A DNA stretch of 64,000 bases from Promethearchaeota archaeon (GCA_030603385.1 JAUVXW010000008.1:1-64000); one strand, 5' to 3'. Counted from the first letter of the stretch, positions 19,055 through 29,592 are shown. Translations and numbers: made by a program. Notes: generated by a model from the letters alone, not told the origin.

Positions 19055-21139
19055 GTGGCATCTAACGACGATATTAAGCTTTTTATAAGTGAAGCAGAAG
19101 ATCTTATTCAAAAGACTGAGGATGAGATTCTTAATTTAGAAGAGAATCCAGAAAATCCTAAACCAATTCAGGCACTTTTTTTTACTTTTCACACGCTTAA
19201 AGGCCTTACAGCTATGGCTGGATTTGAAAACCTTTCAAAATTTTGTCATCACTTTGAAACCTTTTTAGATCATACTAAAGATAAAAAAGTATCAGCGAAA
19301 AAGCGTACAAACTTTATTGATATGCTATTTGAAAGTTTAGATGTGCTTCGTAATTTCATAAAAAAAGTAAAAAAAGGAGATTTAACAGATATTGATGATA
19401 GGTTTGTTGATGAAATAAAAGGAAGTTTCGATAATTTTGAAGCAGAATTCGAAATAACTTTTATCCAACCAATTTCTATAGATGAAATTACGAAAATATT
19501 AAGCAATAAGCAAAAAAAACCTTACAAAATATACATCCGCTTAGAAGATACATGCGTATTCAAAAAAGTAAGATTATTTATCATTTTTCGAGCCTTGAAT
19601 GGAATTGGTCGAATTTGTTGGACTAATCCAGCTCCGGAATCTTTAGAAAAAACAATTTTGAAGAATGAATTTGAAATCTTTTATATTAGTCAAAAAAATA
19701 AACCTGAAATTTCTCAAGTTTTAGACGAGATTTTAGAAATTGAGAATATAGTTGTTTCAACATTAAAACCTCAGGAATTTAAAAGCATAATTGCAGATCT
19801 TAAGGAAAAATGGGAGAATGAACAAGCAGAAACAGCGAGCCAAGAAATTGAGGAAGAAAGCATATATGAAGAGGTATTAATTGATGAAGGTCTTGAGCGA
19901 GTTAGTAATATTGTAGAAGATTACTCGGATAAAAGCGTTAAAATTACAAGTGTAAAAGTAAACATTGAAAATATAGAGGAATTAATGAATTATTTTGGAG
20001 AACTGGTGATAATGAAAAATCATATCAGCCAACTTTTAAAAGATAAACATGATAGAGCAATAAATAGGCTTTTTGATAAAATGGACAAACCCTTTTTAGA
20101 TATTCAAGAAATACTTTTTAAACTGAAGTTGGTTAGAGTTGAATCAACTTTTAGAAAGTATAAAAGGCTTGTTCGAGATGTAGCAAACGAAACAGGTAAA
20201 AAATTAAGACTGATTTTACAAGGAACAAATGTAGAGATTGACAGAAAGATATTAGAAGAACTAAATTCTCCTTTCGTTCATTTAATACGAAATGCTATTT
20301 CTCATGGCATTGAATTACCAAAAGAAAGAAAGAGAAAAGGTAAGAATGAACTAGGAATTTTAAGGTTAAAAACATACAGAAAAGCAGGTTCTATCTATAT
20401 TGAAGTACAAGATGATGGGGCGGGTATAAATTATGACAAAATCAAACAGAAAATCGTTAAGAAGGGTTACTATGATCGTGAAGAAGTTAAAGAATTAACT
20501 AATGAAGCTTTGAATAAATTTATTATAATGCCCGGATTTTCAACTTTATCTGATGCTGATATAATTTCAGGAAGAGGAATGGGACTGGCTATAGTTGCTG
20601 AGAAGATAAAAGAATTAGGAGGGGATTTTCTTATTGAATCGCAAAAAGATACTGGAACTAAAATTACTTTGGTAGTTCCTTTTACAAAGGCAATACTAAG
20701 AGCACAATTATTACAAGTTTCAGAGGATTTATTTGCTATTCCAACTGAGAATATTAAACAAATATATTTCTTCAATCAATATAAAATAGAATACGTAGAA
20801 GGCAAACAATATTATAAAATAGATTCAAAACTAATACCTGTAATTTTCTTAGACCAACACTTAAGAATGGTTGATCTAATTGATACAAATTCTCATAAAA
20901 AAATAGCTGTATGGTGCCAAAAAGATGAGGATAATTCTGCTATACTTGTTGCAGATAAACAACTTCAACAATTAGATGTAGTTGTGAAGCCGTTTACATC
21001 AAGTTATTCTGATTCTCGTGATATTTTGGGATCTACAATTACTGGAGAAGGTTCAATTTGTCTCATCCTAGATGTATTGAACATTATATCAAGACAGTCA
21101 TCTGAATATGAAATATCTTTAATAAATAAAATAAATTAA
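19055..21139 (+). CDS. cheA: Chemotaxis histidine kinase CheA
   Basis: Hpt FHTLKG, P2-like region, dimerisation GELVI, HLIRNAISHGIE, DDGAG, PGFST, SGRGMGL, C-terminal CheW-like P5. Confidence 0.96.
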   Translation: MASNDDIKLFISEAEDLIQKTEDEILNLEENPENPKPIQALFFTFHTLKGLTAMAGFENLSKFCHHFETFLDHTKDKKVSAKKRTNFIDMLFESLDVLRNFIKKVKKGDLTDIDDRFVDEIKGSFDNFEAEFEITFIQPISIDEITKILSNKQKKPYKIYIRLEDTCVFKKVRLFIIFRALNGIGRICWTNPAPESLEKTILKNEFEIFYISQKNKPEISQVLDEILEIENIVVSTLKPQEFKSIIADLKEKWENEQAETASQEIEEESIYEEVLIDEGLERVSNIVEDYSDKSVKITSVKVNIENIEELMNYFGELVIMKNHISQLLKDKHDRAINRLFDKMDKPFLDIQEILFKLKLVRVESTFRKYKRLVRDVANETGKKLRLILQGTNVEIDRKILEELNSPFVHLIRNAISHGIELPKERKRKGKNELGILRLKTYRKAGSIYIEVQDDGAGINYDKIKQKIVKKGYYDREEVKELTNEALNKFIIMPGFSTLSDADIISGRGMGLAIVAEKIKELGGDFLIESQKDTGTKITLVVPFTKAILRAQLLQVSEDLFAIPTENIKQIYFFNQYKIEYVEGKQYYKIDSKLIPVIFLDQHLRMVDLIDTNSHKKIAVWCQKDEDNSAILVADKQLQQLDVVVKPFTSSYSDSRDILGSTITGEGSICLILDVLNIISRQSSEYEISLINKIN

Positions 21140-21202
21140 ATTTTTTTTTAAAAAATAAATAAAAAATTTCACTGAATTAATAAAAATTTGGAGGAAAAAG
21201 AA

Positions 21203-23212
21203 ATGGGTTTTAAGAAGGTTAACCAAGACGAATTAAAAACAAATGGTGGTCCAAGTTTTCTCGGTATGCCTATAAGAGAAGTAGGAAAGATAGTACAAAC
21301 TAAAAAGAGAGAGAAAAAAATTGATTCAAGTTCACTTGGCTCAATCTCAGAGATATTGATACTTAATGAAGAATTTTTAGAATATCAATTTCATGACAAT
21401 GGGAAAAGGAAAGCTTTAGCAGGCTATGGAAACATAGTAGTTTTTAACAACTCACTTAAAGATAGAATTTGGGATACTTTTTTAAAATTTACAGGAACTC
21501 AATTTGATAATCAGGATTCAGAAAAAGGTATGCATTTGGTAATTTTTGAACCCAATTCAAATAAAATTTTGAAATATGAAATTGTAAATTCAGAAATATT
21601 ACCTGATTTAGTAACTGTAAATGAAAGTATAGAAAATTTGAACCAAGACATTAAAAATGTAAAGAATAGTGATTTTGAGGAAGAAAACACAATAAATGAT
21701 AATCAAATAAATCATATGTTGCTATTAGGAATAGAAAATAAAGTAAAATTTTCTATATCAGTAGAAAATGTTTCTTCCACAATTCTAGAAAATGTAAAAC
21801 TAAAAAAACAATTCTCAAATAATTTCTATGATTTAGATTTTAAAGGTTCATTGAGTAAAGACATTGAAATTACTAACAATTACATTGAATACCCTGTTAA
21901 GAATCTAAATCCCGGAGAGAAAGTAGAAATAATTCTTCTTGCGAACATATTTCCAAAAAAGAAAGAAAATATCAAGACTGGGAGAATAGAAGTATCATTT
22001 AATTTGAAGAATCAAACTATTTCAGAAGTAGAAATCAACCATTTCTCTGCTTATTCTCATGCTATGCATGCTATTAGAAAAACAGAGAAAGAATTTGCTC
22101 CTAATCAATGGGATTGTTCTTTAGTATTCGGAAATCATAGCGATTTTAAGATGAAATTAAATTCAATTCTAATTTTAGATAAAACTAAAAAGAATAAACT
22201 ATTAGAACTTGATTTTAGTGATAAAGTGGTAATGATGGCTCCAGGAGAGAGCTATGAAACAGAGCATTTTGATTATCAAGATGAAGGAGAACCAACTTTT
22301 TCAAGAAAAGTAGATTATTCAGTAGATTACAAAGTTGAGAAAAATTCTATGATTACAGTTCAAGTTGAAGATAATATGTTTAAAGTTGCTAATGCGATTA
22401 TCAAAAAGAAAATTGCTGAACGGGAAATTAAGTCATTTGAAGAATCAAAAGTTAATACAGAGTTCATAGTGAATAATCGAGGCACCATGCCAATAAAGGG
22501 AATTATTGCTAAAGAAAGAATACCTGCAGACTTTTTACCACCAAGGGAAGTCTCAAATTTTAAATTCCTAAATTCTTCTGGGGAATTAAAACTTGAGGAT
22601 ATATATTTAAGAATTAGTCCTGATGATGACGATCCAACACACGAGCACGTTTTAGAATTGAATGTTAATTTGGAAACTAATCACGGGAGTACTCTAATAG
22701 GAGTAGATGACTTTTTAGAAGTTAAATACCCTTTAACTGCTGTAACTCCAAATTATGAAAATCATTATGAGTTTCCATTAGAGATACAATCTTATTATTC
22801 GAAATTTTTAGAGTCTGAGCTAGAGGAATATTATGTAATCACTAATAATATCGCTGATATGGAAAAATCCTCTCTAAAAGTTACTCATAAACGTCGTAAA
22901 ATAATGATAGGAAAGGAAATCTTCCCTGGAAGAAGCAGCAATGAGTTTGCAATTTATATCACTGCAAAAAATGGTTCAAACATAAAATTATCAGATGTGA
23001 GTGTCACTGATACATTTCCAGATTCATTTGAATTAGTTTCTTCAAATATTGACCATAAACTTAGTAAAGTTGATAAGTCAGGAGAGCGTAGAATATCTTT
23101 TAGTCTTGATATTTTACAACCATATCAAGAAAGAGAGATAATGTACTATTTAAAAAACATTGCAGGAAAGGAGATTAGATTTTCAGAATTAGAATCATTT
23201 TTTATTGGTTAA
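21203..23212 (+). CDS. Cytoplasmic multi-beta-sandwich (Ig-like/DUF11-like) protein of unknown function
   Basis: Repeated N.S...L..V.V.D/E..P..F and L.PGE patterns; no signal peptide or TM; GGAGG at 21190 supports ATG 21203. Confidence 0.65.
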   Translation: MGFKKVNQDELKTNGGPSFLGMPIREVGKIVQTKKREKKIDSSSLGSISEILILNEEFLEYQFHDNGKRKALAGYGNIVVFNNSLKDRIWDTFLKFTGTQFDNQDSEKGMHLVIFEPNSNKILKYEIVNSEILPDLVTVNESIENLNQDIKNVKNSDFEEENTINDNQINHMLLLGIENKVKFSISVENVSSTILENVKLKKQFSNNFYDLDFKGSLSKDIEITNNYIEYPVKNLNPGEKVEIILLANIFPKKKENIKTGRIEVSFNLKNQTISEVEINHFSAYSHAMHAIRKTEKEFAPNQWDCSLVFGNHSDFKMKLNSILILDKTKKNKLLELDFSDKVVMMAPGESYETEHFDYQDEGEPTFSRKVDYSVDYKVEKNSMITVQVEDNMFKVANAIIKKKIAEREIKSFEESKVNTEFIVNNRGTMPIKGIIAKERIPADFLPPREVSNFKFLNSSGELKLEDIYLRISPDDDDPTHEHVLELNVNLETNHGSTLIGVDDFLEVKYPLTAVTPNYENHYEFPLEIQSYYSKFLESELEEYYVITNNIADMEKSSLKVTHKRRKIMIGKEIFPGRSSNEFAIYITAKNGSNIKLSDVSVTDTFPDSFELVSSNIDHKLSKVDKSGERRISFSLDILQPYQEREIMYYLKNIAGKEIRFSELESFFIG

Positions 23213-23257
23213 ATTAAATTATTTAAAAAAAAAGAAGAAAAAACTGGAGGAAAAATA

Positions 23258-24109
23258 ATGAATTTACAGTTTTATGAAACAATACAAGATAAGTCAAAAA
23301 AATATTTGACATATCTAATTGACCAGATACTACCAAAATTCACAATCGGTGAATTTAAGTATTTTTTAGAAGATTTAACAAATAATACCACTAAAACTAG
23401 TAAAGGAACTAAGGGACAAAAGACTAAATCAACAGAGGAATTTATTAAAATCGGAGATGATGGTGGAAAATTTGCAGAATTATCAAAATTAGATGAAAGC
23501 CAAAGAAAAATACTATTTCAAATTTTCATTAGTAGGGAAGTAAATGACAAAATGGCAGTAAAATGGCGTTTTTATCAATATATAAAATATCACTTAGGCC
23601 TGAATATAAAAACTGTAAAGGTTAATAGGGCATCTAAACATTTTGTTGATTTCATTATTGAAACAGATGAAAAAGAAATAATATTTGTTTCATGCCATGA
23701 TATTTTGGAATTAAATAGATTTAAAGAGGTTTTAAATCAAACAGCTGAGTTTGCTAAGAAACAAAATTTATCCCCTAATAGAATCATTTTTTCTGCTTGT
23801 AAATCATTTCGAAACATACCCATTGAAGAATCATTCAAAATCGGCAATACAGAGATAACTCCAGAGTTGTGGATCGAATGGATTGAAGAAAATCTCCCTT
23901 ATGATAGAGAGGATCTTTTAATAGTCAATAACTCAGAGTTAAAGTTAGCAGGATTTAACTTCACAAGTACAGAAGATTTACTTAATTACATATACCATAG
24001 TTCAAATGGTGGTCAAATTTCAATTTTTAAACAATCAGATTTTTTTACTGAAGCCTCTGATAATGAAGCTGAAATAGAATTAGTCTGGAAAGGAATTATG
24101 ATAAAATAA
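23258..24109 (+). CDS. Hypothetical protein in che cluster
   Basis: 283-aa ORF with GGAGG upstream, co-oriented within the cluster. Confidence 0.75.
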   Translation: MNLQFYETIQDKSKKYLTYLIDQILPKFTIGEFKYFLEDLTNNTTKTSKGTKGQKTKSTEEFIKIGDDGGKFAELSKLDESQRKILFQIFISREVNDKMAVKWRFYQYIKYHLGLNIKTVKVNRASKHFVDFIIETDEKEIIFVSCHDILELNRFKEVLNQTAEFAKKQNLSPNRIIFSACKSFRNIPIEESFKIGNTEITPELWIEWIEENLPYDREDLLIVNNSELKLAGFNFTSTEDLLNYIYHSSNGGQISIFKQSDFFTEASDNEAEIELVWKGIMIK

Positions 24110-24141
24110 TATACAATATGAAAAGATAAAGGGTAATAATA

Positions 24142-26121
24142 ATGATAGAAAGTGAATATGAAAATTTAGAATATGAAGAAAATATAACCGCTGTCATTTT
24201 AAAAGTTCAAGATGAGAAATACCTTATCGAAGTTGAAAAAGTTAAAGAGATATATGTACCTGGAGAATCTATAATTCCAGTACCATTATCAGAAAAATCA
24301 ATTGTAGGAGTTATTAACATCAGGGGAGAAATTTATTCAATTATCTCATTAAAGCATAATATCTATGAAGATAGTGTAGATTATGCCTTAAATGACTATT
24401 CAAGGATTTTACTCTTAGAATGGGGAGACTTAAATATTGCCTTACTAGTAGACTCTGTAATCGGTGTAAGAGAATTTCCAATTTCAATTTTTAAACAGCA
24501 AGGTACAATTGTAAAAACTAATATAGATTTTAAATTTATAAAATTAACAGGTGTTTTTCAAGATGAACCACTTATTCTTTTAGATTTAGGTGCTTTAATC
24601 CAACCTTATACTAAGACTTTCGAAAGAAAAATAGAAAAGAAAACTGAAACAATCCCAATAGTCCCTGAAAAACCAAAAGTTGTACCTAAAAAAGCTAAAA
24701 AGCCTAAAGAGCCTGAAATAAGTCATATAGAATCTACGGTCATTATCCCACAATCACCTAAAATGCCAAAATTAACAAAGATTCCTAATGATGCAAAAGT
24801 TGTATTATCAGCTGAACAACAAGATACCCTTAAAGAAATGGGGAATATAGGAACAGGAAATGCGGTTACAGCATTATCTCGATTGATCAAAAAGAAAATC
24901 GATGTAACTCTTACAGATGTAGGAATTATATCTTTTGATCAACTAGTTGATCAATTTGGAGGACCTAAGGAGCGTGTTTGTGGAATTTTTTGTCATATAG
25001 ATGAGCCTTCGCAATCGACCATCTTGAACATATTTGATATGAAACCTTTAATGAGTCTAATCGCATCTTTAGCAGGAAAAAAATCAAAGATAGATCCTAA
25101 TAAAGTAAAATCCAAAAAAGACCTTGATGAATTCGCAATTTCAACAATTACTGAAATGGGAAACATTATGGCGGGGCACTATGCATCTGCATTAGCAGAT
25201 TTATTAGAAACTAAATTAATGATCGATATACCAGAGTTTGCTATGAGCAATGCCGGAGAGTTAGGAGAATTTCTCTCTCAAGAACTTAAATCTATTGCTG
25301 AATTTATATTAATAATTAAAACTTCTATAAATATATCTGAATTAAAGTTAAAAGGTATTTTCTTTTTAATCCCAGACATTAAGACTTTAAATATGTTTTT
25401 CAATAAACTTGGAATTGATCATGATTTACATGTTGAAAATTTAGTGGATAATCAAGAACCTAAACTATTAGATGTTGATAAGTTGAAACTCACAGAACTT
25501 CAGAGAGATGCTTTACAAGAGGTTGGAAATATAGGCGCTGGCAACGCAGCGAACGCCTTAGCTCAAATGATTAATAAAAGAGTTGACATTAATATTCCAT
25601 CAGTAGAGATGATAGAATTAGATGACTATGCGAAGAGGATCAGTAAAAAGGATGAAAAACTTCTAGTTGCATGGAGCAATATTGTCGGAAAGACGAGAGC
25701 TACAGTTCTTACGATGTTTAATATTAAAGATGCAATTGACATAACTTCAATAATAGTTGATGATCCTGGTAAAAAGAAAATTGATTTAAGAAAAGCAATT
25801 GAAAAGGCAGATGATTTTCCAGAGCTTTATAAAAGTGCTGTCTCAGAATTGGGACACATTTTAGGAAGCCATTATGTTAGTGCAATAGGAGACCTATTAG
25901 GGATACGATTAATGACTGAACCTCCTGATATCAGTGTAGATAAACCTACAGGTTTATTTAACATATTAAAAGAAGAAATTGGGCTCTTAAAGAAGTTATC
26001 TTTAGTAATTACCACAAGTGTTATTATTAAAGATATTGAAATTGTAGGTACGTTCCTATTCATTCCAAGTCTCGATACTCTACAAAATCTTTTAGATGCC
26101 TTATTAAATTTCTACTCTTAA
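24142..26121 (+). CDS. CheW-CheC-CheC fusion protein
   Basis: N-terminal CheW (VGVINIRGEI, ALLVDSVIGV), Pro/Lys linker, CheC motifs DTLKEMGNIG, TITEMGNIM, DALQEVGNIG, AVSELGHIL. Confidence 0.9.
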   Translation: MIESEYENLEYEENITAVILKVQDEKYLIEVEKVKEIYVPGESIIPVPLSEKSIVGVINIRGEIYSIISLKHNIYEDSVDYALNDYSRILLLEWGDLNIALLVDSVIGVREFPISIFKQQGTIVKTNIDFKFIKLTGVFQDEPLILLDLGALIQPYTKTFERKIEKKTETIPIVPEKPKVVPKKAKKPKEPEISHIESTVIIPQSPKMPKLTKIPNDAKVVLSAEQQDTLKEMGNIGTGNAVTALSRLIKKKIDVTLTDVGIISFDQLVDQFGGPKERVCGIFCHIDEPSQSTILNIFDMKPLMSLIASLAGKKSKIDPNKVKSKKDLDEFAISTITEMGNIMAGHYASALADLLETKLMIDIPEFAMSNAGELGEFLSQELKSIAEFILIIKTSINISELKLKGIFFLIPDIKTLNMFFNKLGIDHDLHVENLVDNQEPKLLDVDKLKLTELQRDALQEVGNIGAGNAANALAQMINKRVDINIPSVEMIELDDYAKRISKKDEKLLVAWSNIVGKTRATVLTMFNIKDAIDITSIIVDDPGKKKIDLRKAIEKADDFPELYKSAVSELGHILGSHYVSAIGDLLGIRLMTEPPDISVDKPTGLFNILKEEIGLLKKLSLVITTSVIIKDIEIVGTFLFIPSLDTLQNLLDALLNFYS

Positions 26122-26183
26122 ATTTATTCTTTTCTAAAAATATATTTAATATATTTTTTTTTTTAATTTTAAGAAAATTTATT

Positions 26184-26196
26184 GAAACTTTTAATA
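26184..26196 (+). promoter_or_regulatory. Putative BRE/TATA promoter for the second half of the che cluster
   Basis: GAAACTTTTAATA about 35 nt before ATG 26231, preceded by a T-run (about 26154-26164) that could terminate the upstream unit; similar AAACTTT(T/A)A motifs precede other genes (about 676, 8893, 31274). Confidence 0.4.
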
Positions 26197-26230
26197 AGTA
26201 TTTTCAAGCCTAAAAAAAAATGAACGAATT

Positions 26231-26785
26231 ATGTTAAAAACTGGCTATTATGATTATATATATAAAGTAGATGGAGAGAAAATAAAATTAAAACCAGAAA
26301 AGATTTTTGATGCTTCAGGAGTATATTTAATCGTAGATAAGGAGTTAAAACTCATATGGATTTGGTCGGGCAGTCATTCTCGTTTATTTCATAGATATAT
26401 GGCTGCGAATTGGGCCGGGAAATTAAAAACTAAAAAAAAATTCTATAATTTCAAGTATGAAGTAATTAAACAAGGGCTAGAACCCTCTGAATTCAGGATA
26501 ATTTATAAAGAAATCAAAGAAAATAGAACGGATTTAACATATCCAGGTCAATCGAGAAAGGATTCAATTAAAAGTAAACCGTTAGAGGAATATGTCTCAA
26601 GAACTTCGACTACTCGAATTAAAACAATGGATTTGCTTTCAGATAGCATTGTAATATCCAAATCTGATAAATCTAGAATAAAAAAAATATTAGTTGAAAT
26701 AAAGGAAATGCAAAGCCACATCAAATATTCTATTGAACATATTCAACAACGTTTTACTGTAATTGAAAAAATATTAGGAAGATAG
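26231..26785 (+). CDS. Single-domain gelsolin-like protein with C-terminal coiled coil
   Basis: FDASGVYLIVD....IWIWSGSHS....R..A...A......VIKQGLEPSEF is the gelsolin-repeat pattern. Confidence 0.75.
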   Translation: MLKTGYYDYIYKVDGEKIKLKPEKIFDASGVYLIVDKELKLIWIWSGSHSRLFHRYMAANWAGKLKTKKKFYNFKYEVIKQGLEPSEFRIIYKEIKENRTDLTYPGQSRKDSIKSKPLEEYVSRTSTTRIKTMDLLSDSIVISKSDKSRIKKILVEIKEMQSHIKYSIEHIQQRFTVIEKILGR

Positions 26786-27828
26786 TGAGTTCAAAATTGA
26801 TCAAAATTGAAAATATTCAAATGGATGGAGATTATTATTCTTTACTGCTTGAATATTTGAGCAATAAAACAGGATTAAATTTTGAATATTATCGTAGGAA
26901 TTTTGTGGAGAGAAGATTAAAAGCAAGAATGATTCGTGTAAATTGTAGCACTCTTCATTCTTATTATTATTATGTTAAGGGTAATATCCTTGAGATTGAG
27001 AAATTCTTAGATAGTTTTAACATTAATTATTCTTGTTTTTTTAGAAATTGGGAAGTTTTTCAACAATTTGAAAATTTCTTTTTAAAATGTTTAGACTATA
27101 AAAAAAAAGACATTCTTACTAATTTAAAACCAAAAAGTAAAAAGGGTTCTATAAAGAAATCTAGAGACTCGTTAAAAAATATAGAGAATTCAGAAAATAG
27201 AAGTTCATATAGAAAATTAATGACTATAAGATCTCAAAATGCGCTTGAATTTTCTGAAAAAACATCTTTATATAGAAAAATTAATGGTACTTCAAGATCG
27301 AAGGGAATTGTAAATATCTGGTCTTGTCCTTGTGCTTCTGGTGAAGAACCCTATTCGATTGCAATAATTTTAGATAATTTAAAAAAACAGATACCTGAAT
27401 TTCCTCAATTTAAGATTATCGCATCAGATATAGATAAAGATGCTATTAATAAAGCACACATTGGACTTTATAATGAAAATGTCATGCAAGAAATTTCAAG
27501 ATTCAACGAAGGGAATTATTTTATAATAGCTGAAAATAGATTTGGTAATAGATACTTAATCAATGAAGATGTTAAGAGATATGTTGAATTTATTGAGGAA
27601 GATATCACAAATGGACATAAAAAAACCAAGAAATATGATATAATATTTTGTCGATATCTTTTAATTTATATAAGTCGAGAGGCACGAAATAACTTCTTGG
27701 ATATTATTGAAAAACAATTAAATCCTGGTGGGTTATTAATTTTAGGTAAAACTGAAACCCTATTTAATTCATACAACACACTGAAATTAATTGACTCTCG
27801 TAATCATATTTATTTAAAAATCAATTAA
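26785..27828 (+). CDS. cheR: Chemotaxis methyltransferase CheR (with basic insertion)
   Basis: TGLNF..Y.....RRL..R, FFRN, IWSCPCASGEEPYSIA, ASDID, DIIFCRY, GGLLILGKTETL. Confidence 0.93.
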   Translation: MSSKLIKIENIQMDGDYYSLLLEYLSNKTGLNFEYYRRNFVERRLKARMIRVNCSTLHSYYYYVKGNILEIEKFLDSFNINYSCFFRNWEVFQQFENFFLKCLDYKKKDILTNLKPKSKKGSIKKSRDSLKNIENSENRSSYRKLMTIRSQNALEFSEKTSLYRKINGTSRSKGIVNIWSCPCASGEEPYSIAIILDNLKKQIPEFPQFKIIASDIDKDAINKAHIGLYNENVMQEISRFNEGNYFIIAENRFGNRYLINEDVKRYVEFIEEDITNGHKKTKKYDIIFCRYLLIYISREARNNFLDIIEKQLNPGGLLILGKTETLFNSYNTLKLIDSRNHIYLKIN

Positions 27829-27846
27829 AGATGAATATTTTAGTAA

Positions 27847-28992
27847 ATGTCAATCAAAGTATTACTTGCCGAGGATTCCGCATATCAAAGAAAAGTTATT
27901 GCTGAAATGATTACATCTAATGAGGAAATTGAAGTCATAGATGTTGCTAAAAACGGAAGAGAGGCAATTCAGAAGATTGGAGAGCATAATCCTGATGTAA
28001 TTTTATTAGATCTTATAATGCCTGAAGTCGATGGATTATCTGTTCTCAAATTCCTTTCAGAACATTATCCAATTCCGACAATTGTTTTTACAGGTCTTAA
28101 ACTTGAATCTTTGGATGATTCTGTTCAAGCACTACTTTTGGGTGCTTTTGACTTTATCATAAAACCAAGTGGCTATTGGGCAGAGGAATTTCCTAAATTT
28201 AAAGAAAAGCTGATTTCTAGCATTCTATATGCTGGTAAAATAAAAAAAACTTATGAAAAACGTAATACGCTAATAAAAGAATCAATTGATACTCAATTCA
28301 ATTTGGATATTGGTAAAAAGCAAAAAGTTACTAAAAAGAGTTTAAAACCAATAACAGTTGAAGTTCCGAAAATAACTTCATTAGATATAAAAAAATTTAA
28401 ATCTAATATTATAGTAATAGGGACTAGTACTGGAGGCCCTAGAACCCTAAAATCTATTCTGAAAAAGATTCCAAAAGATTTTCCTAGTCCTATTTTAATG
28501 GTGCAGCATCTAGATGCCTTTTTTATGAAGCAACTTGCTAAGTCATTAAATGACGTCTGTGAAATTGAAATCAAAATCCCCGTAAATGGTGAAAAAATTC
28601 AATCTGGAAAAGTATACCTTAGCCCCGGAGCTAATCATATGCAAGTCGTTTTGCGAAATAATATACCTTGCATCAAAATTTTTAAAGGGAAACCTGTAAA
28701 TTTTTGTATGCCATCCGTAGATGTATTATTTTTTTCAACGGCAGAAGTTTATAAACAACATACGATGGGTATACTTTTAACAGGATTAGGGAATGACGGC
28801 GCTGCGGGTCTAGATGCTATTAAATCAGCTAAAGGAAACACAATCGTCGAATCTGAAGAAACATGCGTCGTATATGGTATGCCAAAAGCGGCTGTGAAAA
28901 TAGGTGCTGCTAAACAAGTTCTCCCGAGCTATAAAATCTGTCAGGAAATTACCCGATTCGCTAGGAAATTTTCTATTGAACTTAACAACTAA
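27847..28992 (+). CDS. cheB: Chemotaxis methylesterase CheB (REC + esterase)
   Basis: REC (AEDS, DLIMP, KP); catalytic GTSTGGP, VQHL, LTGLGNDG, VYGMP. Confidence 0.95.
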   Translation: MSIKVLLAEDSAYQRKVIAEMITSNEEIEVIDVAKNGREAIQKIGEHNPDVILLDLIMPEVDGLSVLKFLSEHYPIPTIVFTGLKLESLDDSVQALLLGAFDFIIKPSGYWAEEFPKFKEKLISSILYAGKIKKTYEKRNTLIKESIDTQFNLDIGKKQKVTKKSLKPITVEVPKITSLDIKKFKSNIIVIGTSTGGPRTLKSILKKIPKDFPSPILMVQHLDAFFMKQLAKSLNDVCEIEIKIPVNGEKIQSGKVYLSPGANHMQVVLRNNIPCIKIFKGKPVNFCMPSVDVLFFSTAEVYKQHTMGILLTGLGNDGAAGLDAIKSAKGNTIVESEETCVVYGMPKAAVKIGAAKQVLPSYKICQEITRFARKFSIELNN

Positions 28993-29011
28993 CTAAATAG
29001 GTAGTTTGAAA

Positions 29012-29560
29012 ATGATCGAGGACACCCAAATAGGTAAAATTGTAGATATAGACAAAAAAGGTGTTATTAATTTACCTATAGGTCATTTTGTTATTGTAAA
29101 TAGTAAACATAGATTAAGTAATTTATATCCAAAACTCTCTATTTATGGATTAGGTTCATGTATAGCTTTAATTCTCTGTGATTATGTTCATAATATTTGT
29201 GGAATGTCTCATATTTTGCTTCCCAAAACTACAAAGAAAATAATAAAATATCCTCATAAGTTTGCTAATTTGTCTGCTAAGCTCTTAATGCAAGAATTAA
29301 TAAATCATGGTGCTAAGAGAGATAATATAAAGGCAATTATCGTAGGAGGTTCAAGGATCTTTGATTTAGATGATAATATTATGGGAGTTGATAATATAGG
29401 ATCCATTAAAGAAGAATTGAATAAATTGAAAATAGAAATTATTAAAGAAGATACAGGTGGATCTAAAGGGAGAATTGTTATTTTTGATTCTAAAGATTTT
29501 TCCTTATATTTTAAATCAACTGGTCAAAACGATTTCAATAAATTTACAAATTCAAAATAA
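29012..29560 (+). CDS. cheD: Receptor glutamine deamidase CheD
   Basis: GLGSCIA, GMSHILLP, KFA, AIIVGG, EDTGGSKGR. Confidence 0.93.
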   Translation: MIEDTQIGKIVDIDKKGVINLPIGHFVIVNSKHRLSNLYPKLSIYGLGSCIALILCDYVHNICGMSHILLPKTTKKIIKYPHKFANLSAKLLMQELINHGAKRDNIKAIIVGGSRIFDLDDNIMGVDNIGSIKEELNKLKIEIIKEDTGGSKGRIVIFDSKDFSLYFKSTGQNDFNKFTNSK

Positions 29561-29592
29561 AAAAAATTAGAAAATGAAAAGAGAAACTAATA

